Source: Octopus bimaculoides | Lineage: Eukaryota | Length of the DNA: 43,710 nucleotides | Direction: 5' to 3' | NCBI RefSeq assembly: GCF_001194135.2 | Contig: NC_068993.1 | Span: forward strand, 37,982,302-38,026,011 | Part shown: piece after piece, positions 13,771-25,057 of the stretch | Numbering within the stretch: position 1 is the stretch's first letter | Layout: each line of letters opens with the position of its first letter | The notes under the pieces: model-generated | The model's input: the letters and a program-made list of their open reading frames with translations, nothing else | Database searches by the model: none | What the model was told of the DNA's origin: nothing | Translations under genes and position numbers: made by a program

Positions 13771-13829
13771 TTCTTTCCTTTAATAAAAGACTCTTAGAAT
13801 GCTACTATTGGTTTAATGTGTACTTTTAT

Positions 13830-15560
13830 TCATAGAAACATGAAAAATACCATTTTAGATGAAGGCAGAGGAGCACAAAGAGTGGGAGGGAGGTAGGGAT
13901 GGTGGGAGAATGCGAGAGAAAGAAAGTGTGAGAAAGAGACAGAGAGAAACAAACAAAGGGGAAGGAGAGTAGGAGGAGGAGGAAGAGGTGCAGGATTGAG
14001 TGAATGAGCGCGCGCGTTTGAATGTGTGTATGATAAAGGGAGGAGTGTGAGAGATTGAGATTGATAGAGTAAGAAAAAGACAGAAAGACAAAGAGAGAGG
14101 GGGAGAAACTTCATACAAACAAAAGTGTGAGGAGAAGGCGGAGGAGAAGAGAACAAAGCGAATGTATGTGTGTAAGCGTGTGTTGTGTGTGTATGTGTAG
14201 TAAACAGTATGTGTTTGTTTCTATGTGCGTGTTAGTATGTATGTGTGTGTTTGTATGTTTAACATAGTGTGTGTGTATTGATATGTATATATATATGTGC
14301 GTGTGTGGTTAAGTGGAGAGAACAAGTGATTATTATAATAGACATTATAGAGAGAATGAGAATAGGAATAAGCGATGAAGAAAGAGTGAAATAAAATGAA
14401 GGAGAGAGGGGGGTTTGGTACACGAATAAGTGAGTGAAGGAATGAAAGAATTCGTAAGTTTGTGGCGGGAGAGGAAGAGAAGGAAAAGAACGATTGGAAA
14501 AAGGAAGGAAGTCTTTTTTTTACGTAAACGAATGGGTGAAGGAATTAATGAACGAAAAGGAAGTGAGTGAAAAAAAATGATTGAAAAATATGGAGGGAAG
14601 GTTTAGGTAAATGAATAAGTGAGTGAGTGAAGGAATTAATGAACGAAAAAGGAAGGAGGCTGAGTGCAAAGAACGATTGATGAAAAAGTGTAGGAATGAA
14701 AGCAAAGAAAGGGAGGGAGGGGGTTGTGAACGAGAAAGAAAGAATAAAGGGTGGATTAACGGGTAGATTAAGCGGCGGCGGGGTGGGTGGGGGTGGTGGA
14801 ATGGCGTGGATGGAAGAATTATTAAGAGATGAGAATAAGATTTGATTTGGAAGTAAAAGACAGAAGGTAAAATAACAAGGGAAAAAAAACAAAAAGAAAA
14901 ACAACGTTAAACAAAGCAAAAAAAGTTAGACATAACGATAGATGTGGTAGGAGGAGGTGACGTCAGGTGGATTGGAGGAGGAGTAAAGAATACGTGCGTT
15001 TATATATAATATATAGATATATACACATACATATATATATAATTTATGTAGACAGTAAAGTTAAAAGAGGGTGGAGACAAAAGATGTAGAAAACTGGTGG
15101 TGGAGGGAGGAGGGGAGGAGCAAGCGTTGTGATAGTGGTAGCAGTAACTGTAAACAGCAGCATTGTAGTGGCGGCGGCGGTGGGAGTAGGAAGAAGGAAA
15201 AAGAAAAGAAAGAATAAAGATAAGAAGAGGAGGAGGTGGATGGATGGTTGGACGGATGGAAAGGGGGGGTAGAAATAGTTGGAGTGGGAGTAAGTGGTTA
15301 GGAGAAAGTGGGAGGGAGTGAGAGAATACGTGCGAAGTGATGAAAGACAAAAAGAAAAGAATAAAAACATTTTTAACAAAAAAAAGACAAAAAGAGATGA
15401 CGACGAGAACGAAGAATAGTTAAGAGATGGGAGGAGAGGCAAAATAGGAGGAGGAGTAGATAAAAGGAGGAGGGTATAGTTATAATGGTGGTGGTGGTGG
15501 TGGTGGTAGGAAGGAAAGAGAGGAAGTAAGAGTTGTATTGTAAGGTATGTTAAAATCAAA
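13830..15560 (+). repeat. About 1.7-kb strongly purine-biased low-complexity tract
   Basis: G/A-rich composition visible; polarity becomes largely pyrimidine-rich after about 15570. Confidence 0.75.
14958..14975. promoter_or_regulatory. Cluster of CRE (TGACGTCA), E-box (CAGGTG) and reverse CCAAT
   Basis: TGACGTCA 14958-14965, CAGGTG 14964-14969, ATTGG 14971-14975; motif match only. Confidence 0.3.
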
Positions 15561-16086
15561 GTCCCTTTATGAAACTTTTTTCTGCTTCTTCCTCTCTCCT
15601 CCTGCCCCTCTCTCTCTCTCTGTTTTTATTTCTCTCAATGGAGAGAGAGAAAGAGAGACTGACAAACAGACATAGTTAAAAGACAAAACGATAGACAGAC
15701 ACAAACAGCGTGAGAGAGCGAGAGAGCGAGAGAGAAAGGGGTAGGAGGGAACAAGATTGTACAATTATCTTTCCTGTACGTTTACTTCCTCATCTCTCAC
15801 CCTTCCTCCCTGTGTCTCGTTTGCACAATCTTCTTTCTTACCCAGTTTTAGAATGCCGTTTGTTTTAAGTTCAATTCCCACTCAGAGCTTTGACTTTACA
15901 CCTTTCACACCCACATCTGGTCACATACGCCTCGCTAAACTATTCCTCTTCCTCCATCTTCGTTCACAAAATAAAGAAAGAAAGAAAGAAAGAAATAGCG
16001 ATCACAAAACAGTTGATTCAATGCAACTTGTATCATCTTCGTCACAAATACACACGCGCGCTTGCACACAGACACACACACTCACT

Positions 16087-16121
<35 letters not shown>

Positions 16122-16129
16122 CTTTATTG

Positions 16130-16381
16130 TTTATGCTTTGCTTGTTACAGTTTTCGGACTGCGACCATGCTGGGGCACTGCCTTCAAGGATTTTTAGTCG
16201 AAACAAATCGAGTCCAGTACTCGTTTTTAAACCTGTTTACTTATTCTGTCGGTTCTTTTTGTCGAACCGCCACGTCACGGGGACGTAAAAAAACCAACAC
16301 CGGTTGTCAAGCGGTAGTGGGGACACACACAAAGACACACACACATCTATCTATCTATCTATCTATCTATTCGACGGGCTT
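16130..16381 (-). mobile_element. Composite type-B SINE: tail C, internal (ATCT)n, start of CORE; head lies in the gap
   Basis: GCGACCATGCTGGGGCACTGCC...CGGTTGTCAAGCGG...CGACGGGCTT; CpGs retained. Confidence 0.85.
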
Positions 16382-17439
16382 NNNNNNNNNNNNNNNNNNN
16401 NNNNNNNNNNNNNNNNNNNNNNNNNNNNNNNNNNNNNNNNNNNNNNNNNNNNNNNNNNNNNNNNNNNNNNNNNNNNNNNNNNNNNNNNNNNNNNNNNNNN
16501 NNNNNNNNNNNNNNNNNNNNNNNNNNNNNNNNNNNNNNNNNNNNNNNNNNNNNNNNNNNNNNNNNNNNNNNNNNNNNNNNNNNNNNNNNNNNNNNNNNNN
16601 NNNNNNNNNNNNNNNNNNNNNNNNNNNNNNNNNNNNNNNNNNNNNNNNNNNNNNNNNNNNNNNNNNNNNNNNNNNNNNNNNNNNNNNNNNNNNNNNNNNN
16701 NNNNNNNNNNNNNNNNNNNNNNNNNNNNNNNNNNNNNNNNNNNNNNNNNNNNNNNNNNNNNNNNNNNNNNNNNNNNNNNNNNNNNNNNNNNNNNNNNNNN
16801 NNNNNNNNNNNNNNNNNNNNNNNNNNNNNNNNNNNNNNNNNNNNNNNNNNNNNNNNNNNNNNNNNNNNNNNNNNNNNNNNNNNNNNNNNNNNNNNNNNNN
16901 NNNNNNNNNNNNNNNNNNNNNNNNNNNNNNNNNNNNNNNNNNNNNNNNNNNNNNNNNNNNNNNNNNNNNNNNNNNNNNNNNNNNNNNNNNNNNNNNNNNN
17001 NNNNNNNNNNNNNNNNNNNNNNNNNNNNNNNNNNNNNNNNNNNNNNNNNNNNNNNNNNNNNNNNNNNNNNNNNNNNNNNNNNNNNACGTTTGAGACTAAG
17101 AAAAAATATTACAAAAAAAGGACCAATAAATAAATAATAAATATAAAGGAATGTGTCCAAAGGTAAGAGAATGGAAACAGAACTTCCAAGAGGAATTTGG
17201 TAAGACAGGATAAAACAGTTTTTTTTTGGGGGGGGGGCATGAGTGGTGGTGGGGGTTGTGAGTTTTTAAAAAAATTATTTTTGAGGGTAGGGGCCCCCAA
17301 CAACTGACCTCAGCACCTCCTCTTTCTTAGCTCTCCCGGCATGGCACCCACCGGTATGTACCGGCTGAAACCTACTACTAATCTTTTAGGCCTTTGGTTA
17401 GGAGTTCCTCAAGAAAACAAGAAGGGAAAAAGTGGAGGG

Positions 17440-17942
17440 TTACCTTTCGCCCTCTATGAAAACCTGAACATCACGGGTGCTTATAAGAATTAACAACGGG
17501 AACTTGAAGAGATGACGAACTGATTTGGGTCTTACGGAAGATAAGGGGATAATTGTGTTGGAGGGAGAAGCTACTATAGCCGACAGGTGTGTGTGTATGA
17601 GGGTGTGTGGCTGAGGTAAGATCGAAGACAAAAAGAAATGATGGATTATTAGTAAAGCATATCGCACCCCATAAATCCATAAACAGTTCATAAACCTCTC
17701 CTTCAGCCCTGCCACAACATGTGGGGAATGCTGTGGTAAATATCCAAATATCTGCAGTGTGTGAGCTTGATTCCTGGTGGTTATAGGAAGCGACAAGAGA
17801 AAGCCCCGTCTATTTCTGTTAAAACATACCCTGACTTTGTTTGAATTAATTTTGAAAGTAACGAAGAATTTAGTTAAAATAACGGTTTTATTAACCGTTT
17901 CTTTACCGTGTAAATTAATTTTGAAAAATAATGAAGCATTTT
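17440..17942 (-). other. Unexplained open frame of about 167 codons stop-to-stop; listed ORF 17440-17796 is its 3' part
   Basis: Manual upstream extension found no stop until about 17945; no ATG start, no recognised domain. Confidence 0.15.
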
Positions 17943-18172
17943 GTCATTATTTAACGGATGTTTGGAATATGAATATTAATAAGTTTTGATGAAAGAAAGT
18001 TTTAAATTTAGATCACTTAAAACAGGAAGTTTGTAGCACAAAAGTAGGAATGATCTCAGGTGGGTTCGTATCAAAAGAGTCAACAACCGCGTTAATTCTT
18101 TTATAAACAGCAGTATATGTGTGTGTGTGTGTGTGTGTGTGAAAGAGAGAGAAAAAGAGATTCTTTTTAGAT

Positions 18173-18528
18173 CAGTGATTTTGAACCGTTTTTGTATCCC
18201 ACACACTAAGGAAATACTTGATAATTTTTTGTATCCTCTTCAAAAATTATATCTCATATTGAAAATGGAAAAAAAAAGCTAGTAAATTTTATATTAATTA
18301 ATTAACTATTTTTTTTTATAATAAACTACATACAGTACTATGGAATAATGAAGTTCTAGGTGTGTTTATTAGAACAAAGTTATTCTAAAAAGGTAGTTAA
18401 TAATGTTATTTTGCAAACACAATTTTTAATAAGAAATGAAAAATACATTTCCTGTTTAAGTCGCACCCCTAAAAGTCCATCTCAAACCTTCAGAAAGTGA
18501 AGGGCACTCCTTTGGTTACGAACACAGG
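18173..18528. mobile_element. Possible decayed hAT/Charlie-type MITE
   Basis: Left end CAGTGATTTTGAACC resembles the CAGTGGTTCTCAAC TIR; right end GGTTACGAACACAGG is only a weak inverse match; no clear 8-bp TSD. Confidence 0.3.
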
Positions 18529-18808
18529 GTTTGGACACATAACCAATATCCCAGTAATTGTCCTACACTTGGAAATTTCGCCGGTCATTCACCCAAACTC
18601 GGAGATGCTTACGGGGAAAATTCTGAGAACTTAATATGAACAAAGTAATTGGAGGCCAAAAGCTTGTCGGAATTAAGATAGGTCCTACCCCTATGTGTGT
18701 GTGTGTGTGTACGCGCGTGTACGTATGTGTGAAGTGGAGTCGGCCCTTATTTCTTTAGTGTACTCCGTGTTTAGCTCGTAATATTTATATTCTATCCATT
18801 ACTCTCTC

Positions 18809-18833
18809 TTAGGGTAGGGGTTAGGGCCTAGGG
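18809..18833 (+). repeat. Telomere-like four-G-run motif TTAGGG TAGGGG TTAGGG CCTAGGG
   Basis: Direct reading. Confidence 0.6.
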
Positions 18834-19091
18834 AAAAGTGTGGGCCCCACTTCTAAAAGACAGCGTTCGGAACTCATGAGTAATTTAAATATGACGATTA
18901 ATTATATTGCGTTTTTGCACCCGCATTCCGTTTATACATACATACACTCATGTGTGTATGTGTGTGTGTGTATGGTGTGTTTGCATGTACGTATGTATAT
19001 ACATTAATAATAGAGTTGAAAGTATATATGTATGTATTGTATGTATGTGCGTGTGCGTGTGCGTTGTGCATAAAATATATGTATAAACACG

Positions 19092-19135
<44 letters not shown>

Positions 19136-19145
19136 NNNNNNNNNN

Positions 19146-19189
<44 letters not shown>

Positions 19190-19200
19190 GTATGTAGTTG

Positions 19201-19407
19201 TGTGTCTGTGTTTGACCCCTCACCATCGCTTGACAACCGATGTTGGGGTGTTTACATCCCCGAAACTTACCGGTTCGGCAAAAGATACCTATAGAATAAG
19301 TATTAGGCTTACAAAGAATAAGTCCTGCGGTTGATTTGTTCGACTAAAAGCGGTGCTCCAGCATGGCCGCAGTCAAAATGACTGAGGCAAGTAAAAGAAT
19401 AAAAGAA
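19201..19407 (+). mobile_element. SINE tail C following a long microsatellite
   Basis: CGCTTGACAACCGATG...GGTTCGGCAAAAGA...GCGGTGCTCCAGCATGGCCGCAGTCAAAATGACTGAGGCAAGTAAAAGA. Confidence 0.9.
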
Positions 19408-19834
19408 TATATATACACGCATACATACATATATAGACATTATACACACACACACACACATAAATATATAGCTAGATACACATGCATACATATACATACA
19501 TGCATACATACATACATACATACATACATACATACAAACACATACATCTCTACATGTGTTCTCCCCATCCACCATCTTTGTATGGCACGTTTTGTATGTA
19601 TGCACCCCTGTGGCCAATAAAGATAGAATTATACGACTATTATCACTGCATGGTAGATTTAGTAGTGCGTCGAACAAATTATTTTGTATTGTTATTTTGT
19701 AATATTCCTTTCTGTCGTGAGTTCAAATCCCGCTGGCAGTAGATGTGGTAACTGATTAAAAAAAAATATCTTTTTATCCTCCCAGAATCAGAAAAAATTC
19801 CTTGTTGTAGTTATTGATGTTGTTGTTGCTCTTA

Positions 19835-20044
19835 TATAACCCCGGGTCGGCTTTAAACGAACAGAAATAATGAAATACACTCTAGCCGTGACCATCTCAT
19901 TATTAATTAATTATCAATTAGTTTATTCATTCATTTTACTATTTACAAGAGACCTAACACCAAATTAGTGGGGTGCGAACTGAACGGAAGGAGTTTTGGC
20001 TGTTATTTCTAGCAGATCAAGCGACCACATAGAAGCTTCCTTCG
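19835..20044 (+). repeat. Family G copy 2
   Basis: AACCCCGGGTCGGC...AGCCGTGACCATC...TTTGGCTGTTATTTCTAGCAGATCAAGCGACCACATAGAAGCT. Confidence 0.6.
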
Positions 20045-20899
20045 TAAACTTTGGTCACCTCTAATCAACAATAGCGAACCCCTTAAAATGTCTAGCTCCG
20101 TTTTACCTACCTTAGATACAATTACGGTACAGCGCCGAACTAAATTCCTTGAAAGTGGTATGTAATAACATTCCTCTGCGTTCTGGGGTTCAAATTCTTC
20201 TGGGACCGCCGGTTAAATAAATACCTGTCGAAGAGTGGAGTCGAATTTACTGACTGCACCCATACCCACCACATCCTCCCGCACCACCCATTCTACACCT
20301 TACCCCCTTCCACCCCCACCCCCGAACTTGGTGTTGTGCGCCAATATTTAGAAAAGTGTTCTAGTTGGGGGTATTTTTCTGCTTCGACTAGCCTCCCCCC
20401 TCACCATCACCACCCTCCCCCCTGCTTTATCTCCTGTCACTGCTGCCGATGGAAGAAAAAAAATTATTTTCTTCAAAAGCATACTCTTTAACTACTGTGT
20501 AGGAATCTAAACAACATGGAAAGCTAACTGTTTGGGGGAAGAATTAGAGGGGAGGAGGAGGAATCAGAAAAGAGAGACAGAGAGAGAGAGAGGGGGGGAA
20601 GGAGAAGTGAGGGAGAGAAAGACAGAGGCGAGAGAGAGAGAGAGAGGGAGAGGAAGAGAGAAAAGGGACTGTGTCTTTTTGCAAGTAGAAAGTAGGAAGT
20701 ACTTCTGATGGCCATAGTGGTGTGATGGTGGTGGTGGCGGTTGTGGTGGTGGGTGGGGGTACGGAAGCCGTAAGTGGCTGCCTGGTTGTTGTGGTGAGTT
20801 TGGATCCAGTACAGAAGATGGAAGACAAGAAGATGATGAAGAAGAACAACAACAGCAATAAGGAGATGGGTTAGGGAGAAGGAAAAGAAGAAAGAAGAA

Positions 20900-21370
20900 A
20901 ATGAAGGAGATACATTGGGAAGAAGAAGAAGAAGAAGAAGGAGGAGGAGAAGTAGTAGTAGTTGTAGAGTGGTAGTAGTAGGAGAAATTGAAGATAGGGA
21001 GAAGACATGAGATGGGTCAAAGGAAAAGATTTGATAAGTCACTGCTGATGAAGCTAATTGATGATGATGATGATGATGATGGCAATGATAATGATGATGA
21101 TGATAATGATGATGATGATGATAATGATGATGATGATGATGATGATAATGATGATAATGATGATAATGATGATAATGATGGTGGTGATGATGATGATGAT
21201 AATGATGACGGCAGTGGTTTTGGTGGTGGTGGTGGTGGTGATGGTGTTGATGAGGATGATGATGATGATGATGGTTATGGCCCTAGTTGTGGAGGTAGCA
21301 ATAGGATAGTGGCAGGGGTGGTGAGTTTGTGTAATATTTGGTGGTGGTGGTGGTGGTGGTCATGGTGGAG
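20900..21370. repeat. (GAA)n, (GAT)n and (GGT)n microsatellites
   Basis: Visible; explains the poly-D ORF 20988-21530. Confidence 0.9.
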
Positions 21371-21643
21371 TTGGTGTAACAAATCCTGTCTCACACAACC
21401 ATCGCCATTTCCGTCACCACCATCTAAAAGAGAAAGAGAGAGAGAGAGAGAATATGCTCAGTCTCCCACCCCCTGGTATGGATTTGTTTTAAGCAATGGA
21501 ATGGTCAAAAAGAGGGAGGGAGGGAGGTGAGAAAGGAAGATGATAGAGAAAAGGATAGGGAGAGGAAGAGACAGAGGGTGAATGGTATGGGGGAATGAGA
21601 TGACAAGTAGAAGGGGTATCGCCCCCATCAGTGTTATTATTAC

Positions 21644-21852
21644 TGAGCTGGCAGAATCGTTAGGGTGCCGGACGAAATGCTTAGCGGTATTTCACCCGTT
21701 GATATGTTCTGAGTTCAAACTCTGCTGAGGTCGATTTTACTTTTCCTCCTTTTGGGGTAGATTAAATATGTACCAGTGAAACATTGGGGGCTGATGTAAT
21801 TGGCTCATTCGCCCCCCCCAAATTGCTGCCCTTGGTGACAAAATTTGAAACC
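21644..21852 (+). mobile_element. Type-A SINE, first of a tandem stack
   Basis: GAGCTGGCAGAATCGTTAG A-box, GAGTTCAAAC B-box, core, AAATTTGAAACC tail. Confidence 0.85.
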
Positions 21853-21859
21853 ATTTTTA

Positions 21860-22070
21860 AAGTGGCAAGCTGTCAGAATTGTTAGAACACAAAGTGAAAG
21901 GCTATGTTCTGAGTTCAAATTTCTCTGATGTCGACTTATCCTTTCATCCATTTGAGGTTGATAAATTCAGTACCAGTGAGACACTGGGGATGATGTAATT
22001 GACTAATCCCCTCCCCACAAAGTTCAGGCTTTGTGTCTCTAGTAGAAAGGATCATTATTATTATTATTAT
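21860..22070 (+). mobile_element. Type-A SINE, second of the stack
   Basis: GCAAGCTGTCAGAATTGTTAG...GAGTTCAAATT...TAGTAGAAAGGA(TTA)n. Confidence 0.85.
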
Positions 22071-22071
22071 T

Positions 22072-22283
22072 TAGGTGGTGAGCTAACAGACTTATTAGCA
22101 CGCTCCTAAGCATTTTGTCCATTGCTATGTTCTGAGTTGAAATTCCACTGGGGTTGATAAATTAAGTACCAGTTGTGCACTGGGGTCGATGTAATCAACT
22201 TACCATCTCACCCCAAACTTCTGCCTGTATTAGAAAGGATTATTATTATTATTATTATTGTTGTTGTTGTTATTATTATTATT
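22072..22283 (+). mobile_element. Type-A SINE, third of the stack, internally deleted
   Basis: GGTGAGCTAACAGAC...GAGTTGAAATTCC...GATAAATTAAGTACCAG...AGAAAGGA(TTA)n. Confidence 0.8.
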
Positions 22284-22284
22284 G

Positions 22285-22445
22285 TGGAGGCGCGTGGTTT
22301 AGTGGTTAGGGTGTCAGCACCATGATCGTAAGGTTGTGGTTTCGATTTCTGGACCAGGTGACGCATTGTGTTCTTGAGCAAAACACTTCAATTCACATTG
22401 TTCCAGTCCACTCAGCTGGCAAAAATAAGTAATCCTGCAATGTCC
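22285..22445 (+). mobile_element. Type-D tRNA-derived SINE, 5' part
   Basis: GGAGGCGCGTGGTTTAGTGGTTAGGG (A-box), GGTTTCGATTTC (B-box), TTGTGTTCTTGAGCAAAACAC...CCAGTCCACTCAGCTG. Confidence 0.8.
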
Positions 22446-22457
22446 AGAGAGGAATAG

Positions 22458-22499
<42 letters not shown>

Positions 22500-23624
22500 N
22501 NNNNNNNNNNNNNNNNNNNNNNNNNNNNNNNNNNNNNNNNNNNNNNNNNNNNNNNNNNNNNNNNNNNNNNNNNNNNNNNNNNNNNNNNNNNNNNNNNNNN
22601 NNNNNNNNNNNNNNNNNNNNNNNNNNNNNNNNNNNNNNNNNNNNNNNNNNNNNNNNNNNNNNNNNNNNNNNNNNNNNNNNNNNNNNNNNNNNNNNNNNNN
22701 NNNNNNNNNNNNNNNNNNNNNNNNNNNNNNNNNNNNNNNNNNNNNNNNNNNNNNNNNNNNNNNNNNNNNNNNNNNNNNNNNNNNNNNNNNNNNNNNNNNN
22801 NNNNNNNNNNNNNNNNNNNNNNNNNNNNNNNNNNNNNNNNNNNNNNNNNNNNNNNNNNNNNNNNNNNNNNNNNNNNNNNNNNNNNNNNNNNNNNNNNNNN
22901 NNNNNNNNNNNNNNNNNNNNNNNNNNNNNNNNNNNNNNNNNNNNNNNNNNNNNNNNNNNNNNNNNNNNNNNNNNNNNNNNNNNNNNNNNNNNNNNNNNNN
23001 NNNNNNNNNNNNNNNNNNNNNNNNNNNNNNNNNNNNNNNNNNNNNNNNNNNNNNNNNNNNNNNNNNNNNNNNNNNNNNNNNNNNNNNNNNNNNNNNNNNN
23101 NNNNNNNNNNNNNNNNNNNNNNNNNNNNNNNNNNNNNNNNNNNNNNNNNNNNNNNNNNNNNNNNNNNNNNNNNNNNNNNNNNNNNNNNNNNNNNNNNNNN
23201 NNNNNNNNNNNNNNNNNNNNNNNNNNNNNNNNNNNNNNNNNNNNNNNNNNNNNNNNNNNNNNNNNNNNNNNNNNNNNNNNNNNNNNNNNNNNNNNNNNNN
23301 NNNNNNNNNNNNNNNNNNNNNNNNNNNNNNNNNNNNNNNNNNNNNNNNNNNNNNTATTAACTGGAATTTGTTTTATGAAACTTTGATTTCTAGCATAAAA
23401 CAGCCTTAGAAACACGCTGGAATGATCAAAATAACATTTCAAAATAACATTTTAAATAGAAATAAGCAAGATATTGGGTGAAAAATTAGCAAATCTCATT
23501 TGAATATCAGAGAAATATACCTAGTAGATATAGCAAAAAGGTTAGATATGTGTAAATATTGACAGATAATTACAAAATTTGTAATTTTTAAGTGATCTCA
23601 TATGAGATCACTGATAGGTAATGG

Positions 23625-23830
23625 ATTAATACTTGAGAGGTACTTTATCGTGTCAGACCCAAAGAAGGAAAAGCAAAGTCAACTTTGGCAGGAAGTGAAC
23701 TCAGAATGCAAAGACTCCAAAGAAATGCTGCTCAGCACATTCCCTGTTGTATTGTCCTTTCTGCTATAGGGACGAGGCTTGAAATTTCGGTGCTTGGCGC
23801 CAGTTGATTGCATATGCGCCAGTGCTCGGT
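23625..23830 (-). mobile_element. Two decayed type-A SINE fragments
   Basis: AAGCAAAGTCAACTTTGGCAGGAAGTGAACTCAGAATG and CCTTTCTGCTATAGGGACGAGGCTTGAAATT. Confidence 0.6.
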
Positions 23831-23834
23831 CCTT

Positions 23835-24010
23835 TCTTTTATTCCTTTACTTGTGTTTACTGGGGCACCGCCTTTAGTCGAGCAAATTGAACCCAGGACT
23901 TATTCTTTGTAAGCCGAGTACTTATTCTGTCGGTCTCTTTTGCTGAACTGCTAAGTTACGGTTGTCAAGCGATGGTGGGGAGGGGGACAAACACAGACAC
24001 ACACACAAAT
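23835..24010 (-). mobile_element. SINE tail C with internal deletions
   Basis: GCACCGCCTTTAGTCGAGCAAATTGAACCCAGGACTTATTCTTTGTAAGCC...GGTTGTCAAGCGATG. Confidence 0.85.
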
Positions 24011-24016
24011 ATGAAC

Positions 24017-24085
<69 letters not shown>

Positions 24086-24124
24086 CATATCATAAGTTCA
24101 ACACTCTAACCACTGAGCAACACA

Positions 24125-24382
24125 CTGTGTTGTGTTCTTGAGCAAGACACTTTTCTTCACGTTGCTCCAGTTCACTCAGTTGTAGAAATGAGTTGCAACA
24201 TCATAGGTGCCAAGCTGTATCGGCCTTTACCTTTCCCTTGGATAACAGCAGTGACATGGAGCGGAGAGGCTGGTATGCATGGATGACTGCTAGTCTTCTA
24301 TAAACAACCTTGCCCAGACTTGTGCCTTGGAGGGTAACATTCTAGGTGCAATCCCATGGTCATTCTTGACCAAAAGGGGTCA
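24125..24382 (+). mobile_element. Type-D-related SINE body with tail H
   Basis: TTGTGTTCTTGAGCAAGACAC...GGGTAACATTCTAGGTGCAATCCCATGGTCATT; colinear with 37316-37557. Confidence 0.8.
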
Positions 24383-24465
24383 TATATATATATATATATA
24401 TATATTTGATAGGCCTCTTTCCATCTACCAAATTCACTTACAAAACTTTTCTATATCATATAATA

Positions 24466-24690
24466 TTTATTTCTTTATTGCCCACAGGGGGATAAACATA
24501 GAGGGGACAAACAAGGACAGACAAAGGGTTTAAGTTGGTTACATCAACCTCAGCGCACAACTGGTACTTATTTAATTGACCCAGAAAGGATGAAAGGCAA
24601 AACGACCTTGGCAGGATTTGAACTCAGAATGTAACAGCAGATGAAATACCGCTAAGCATTTCACCCAGTGTGCTAATGATTCTGCCAGCT
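24466..24690 (-). mobile_element. Near-complete type-A SINE with alternative tail
   Basis: TTCTTTATTGCCCACAGGGGG...GATGAAAGGCAAA...TTTGAACTCAGAATG...GATTCTGCCAGCT. Confidence 0.9.
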
Positions 24691-25057
24691 ACATGACATC
24701 AATAGCAACAACATATAAACAGAACAATAACATTTTAAAATAATTTAATTAAAAATCTATAGGTTGATCATAGCTCATTGATTATATCTATAATGTGTTC
24801 AAACCTACTGCAGGGAACCTTCATAGAATGTCTTCTTTGAGGTCATTAAGTTGGCCAATTCTACTATATCAGCGGAATTTCAGTACACTGGAATTGATTC
24901 TATGTTTGTGTTGACGAATGAGTAATTAAAAACAAAAAACAAAAAAAAAAAGGTGTTAAGGCAAAACTTGAATTATTGGGTGGTGTTGTGTTGTATAACA
25001 AATGAGATAAATATAGATGAGTTATTTAATTAACACAATGAAATCAGTATTGGTTTT

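Noticed and set aside
20988-21530. Poly-Asp/Gly 180-aa ORF
   Set aside because: (GAT)n/(GGT)n repeat; no domain or splice support
21644-22445. CRISPR-like repeated units
   Set aside because: Units are about 200-bp diverged SINEs in eukaryotic DNA; no repeat-spacer structure or cas genes
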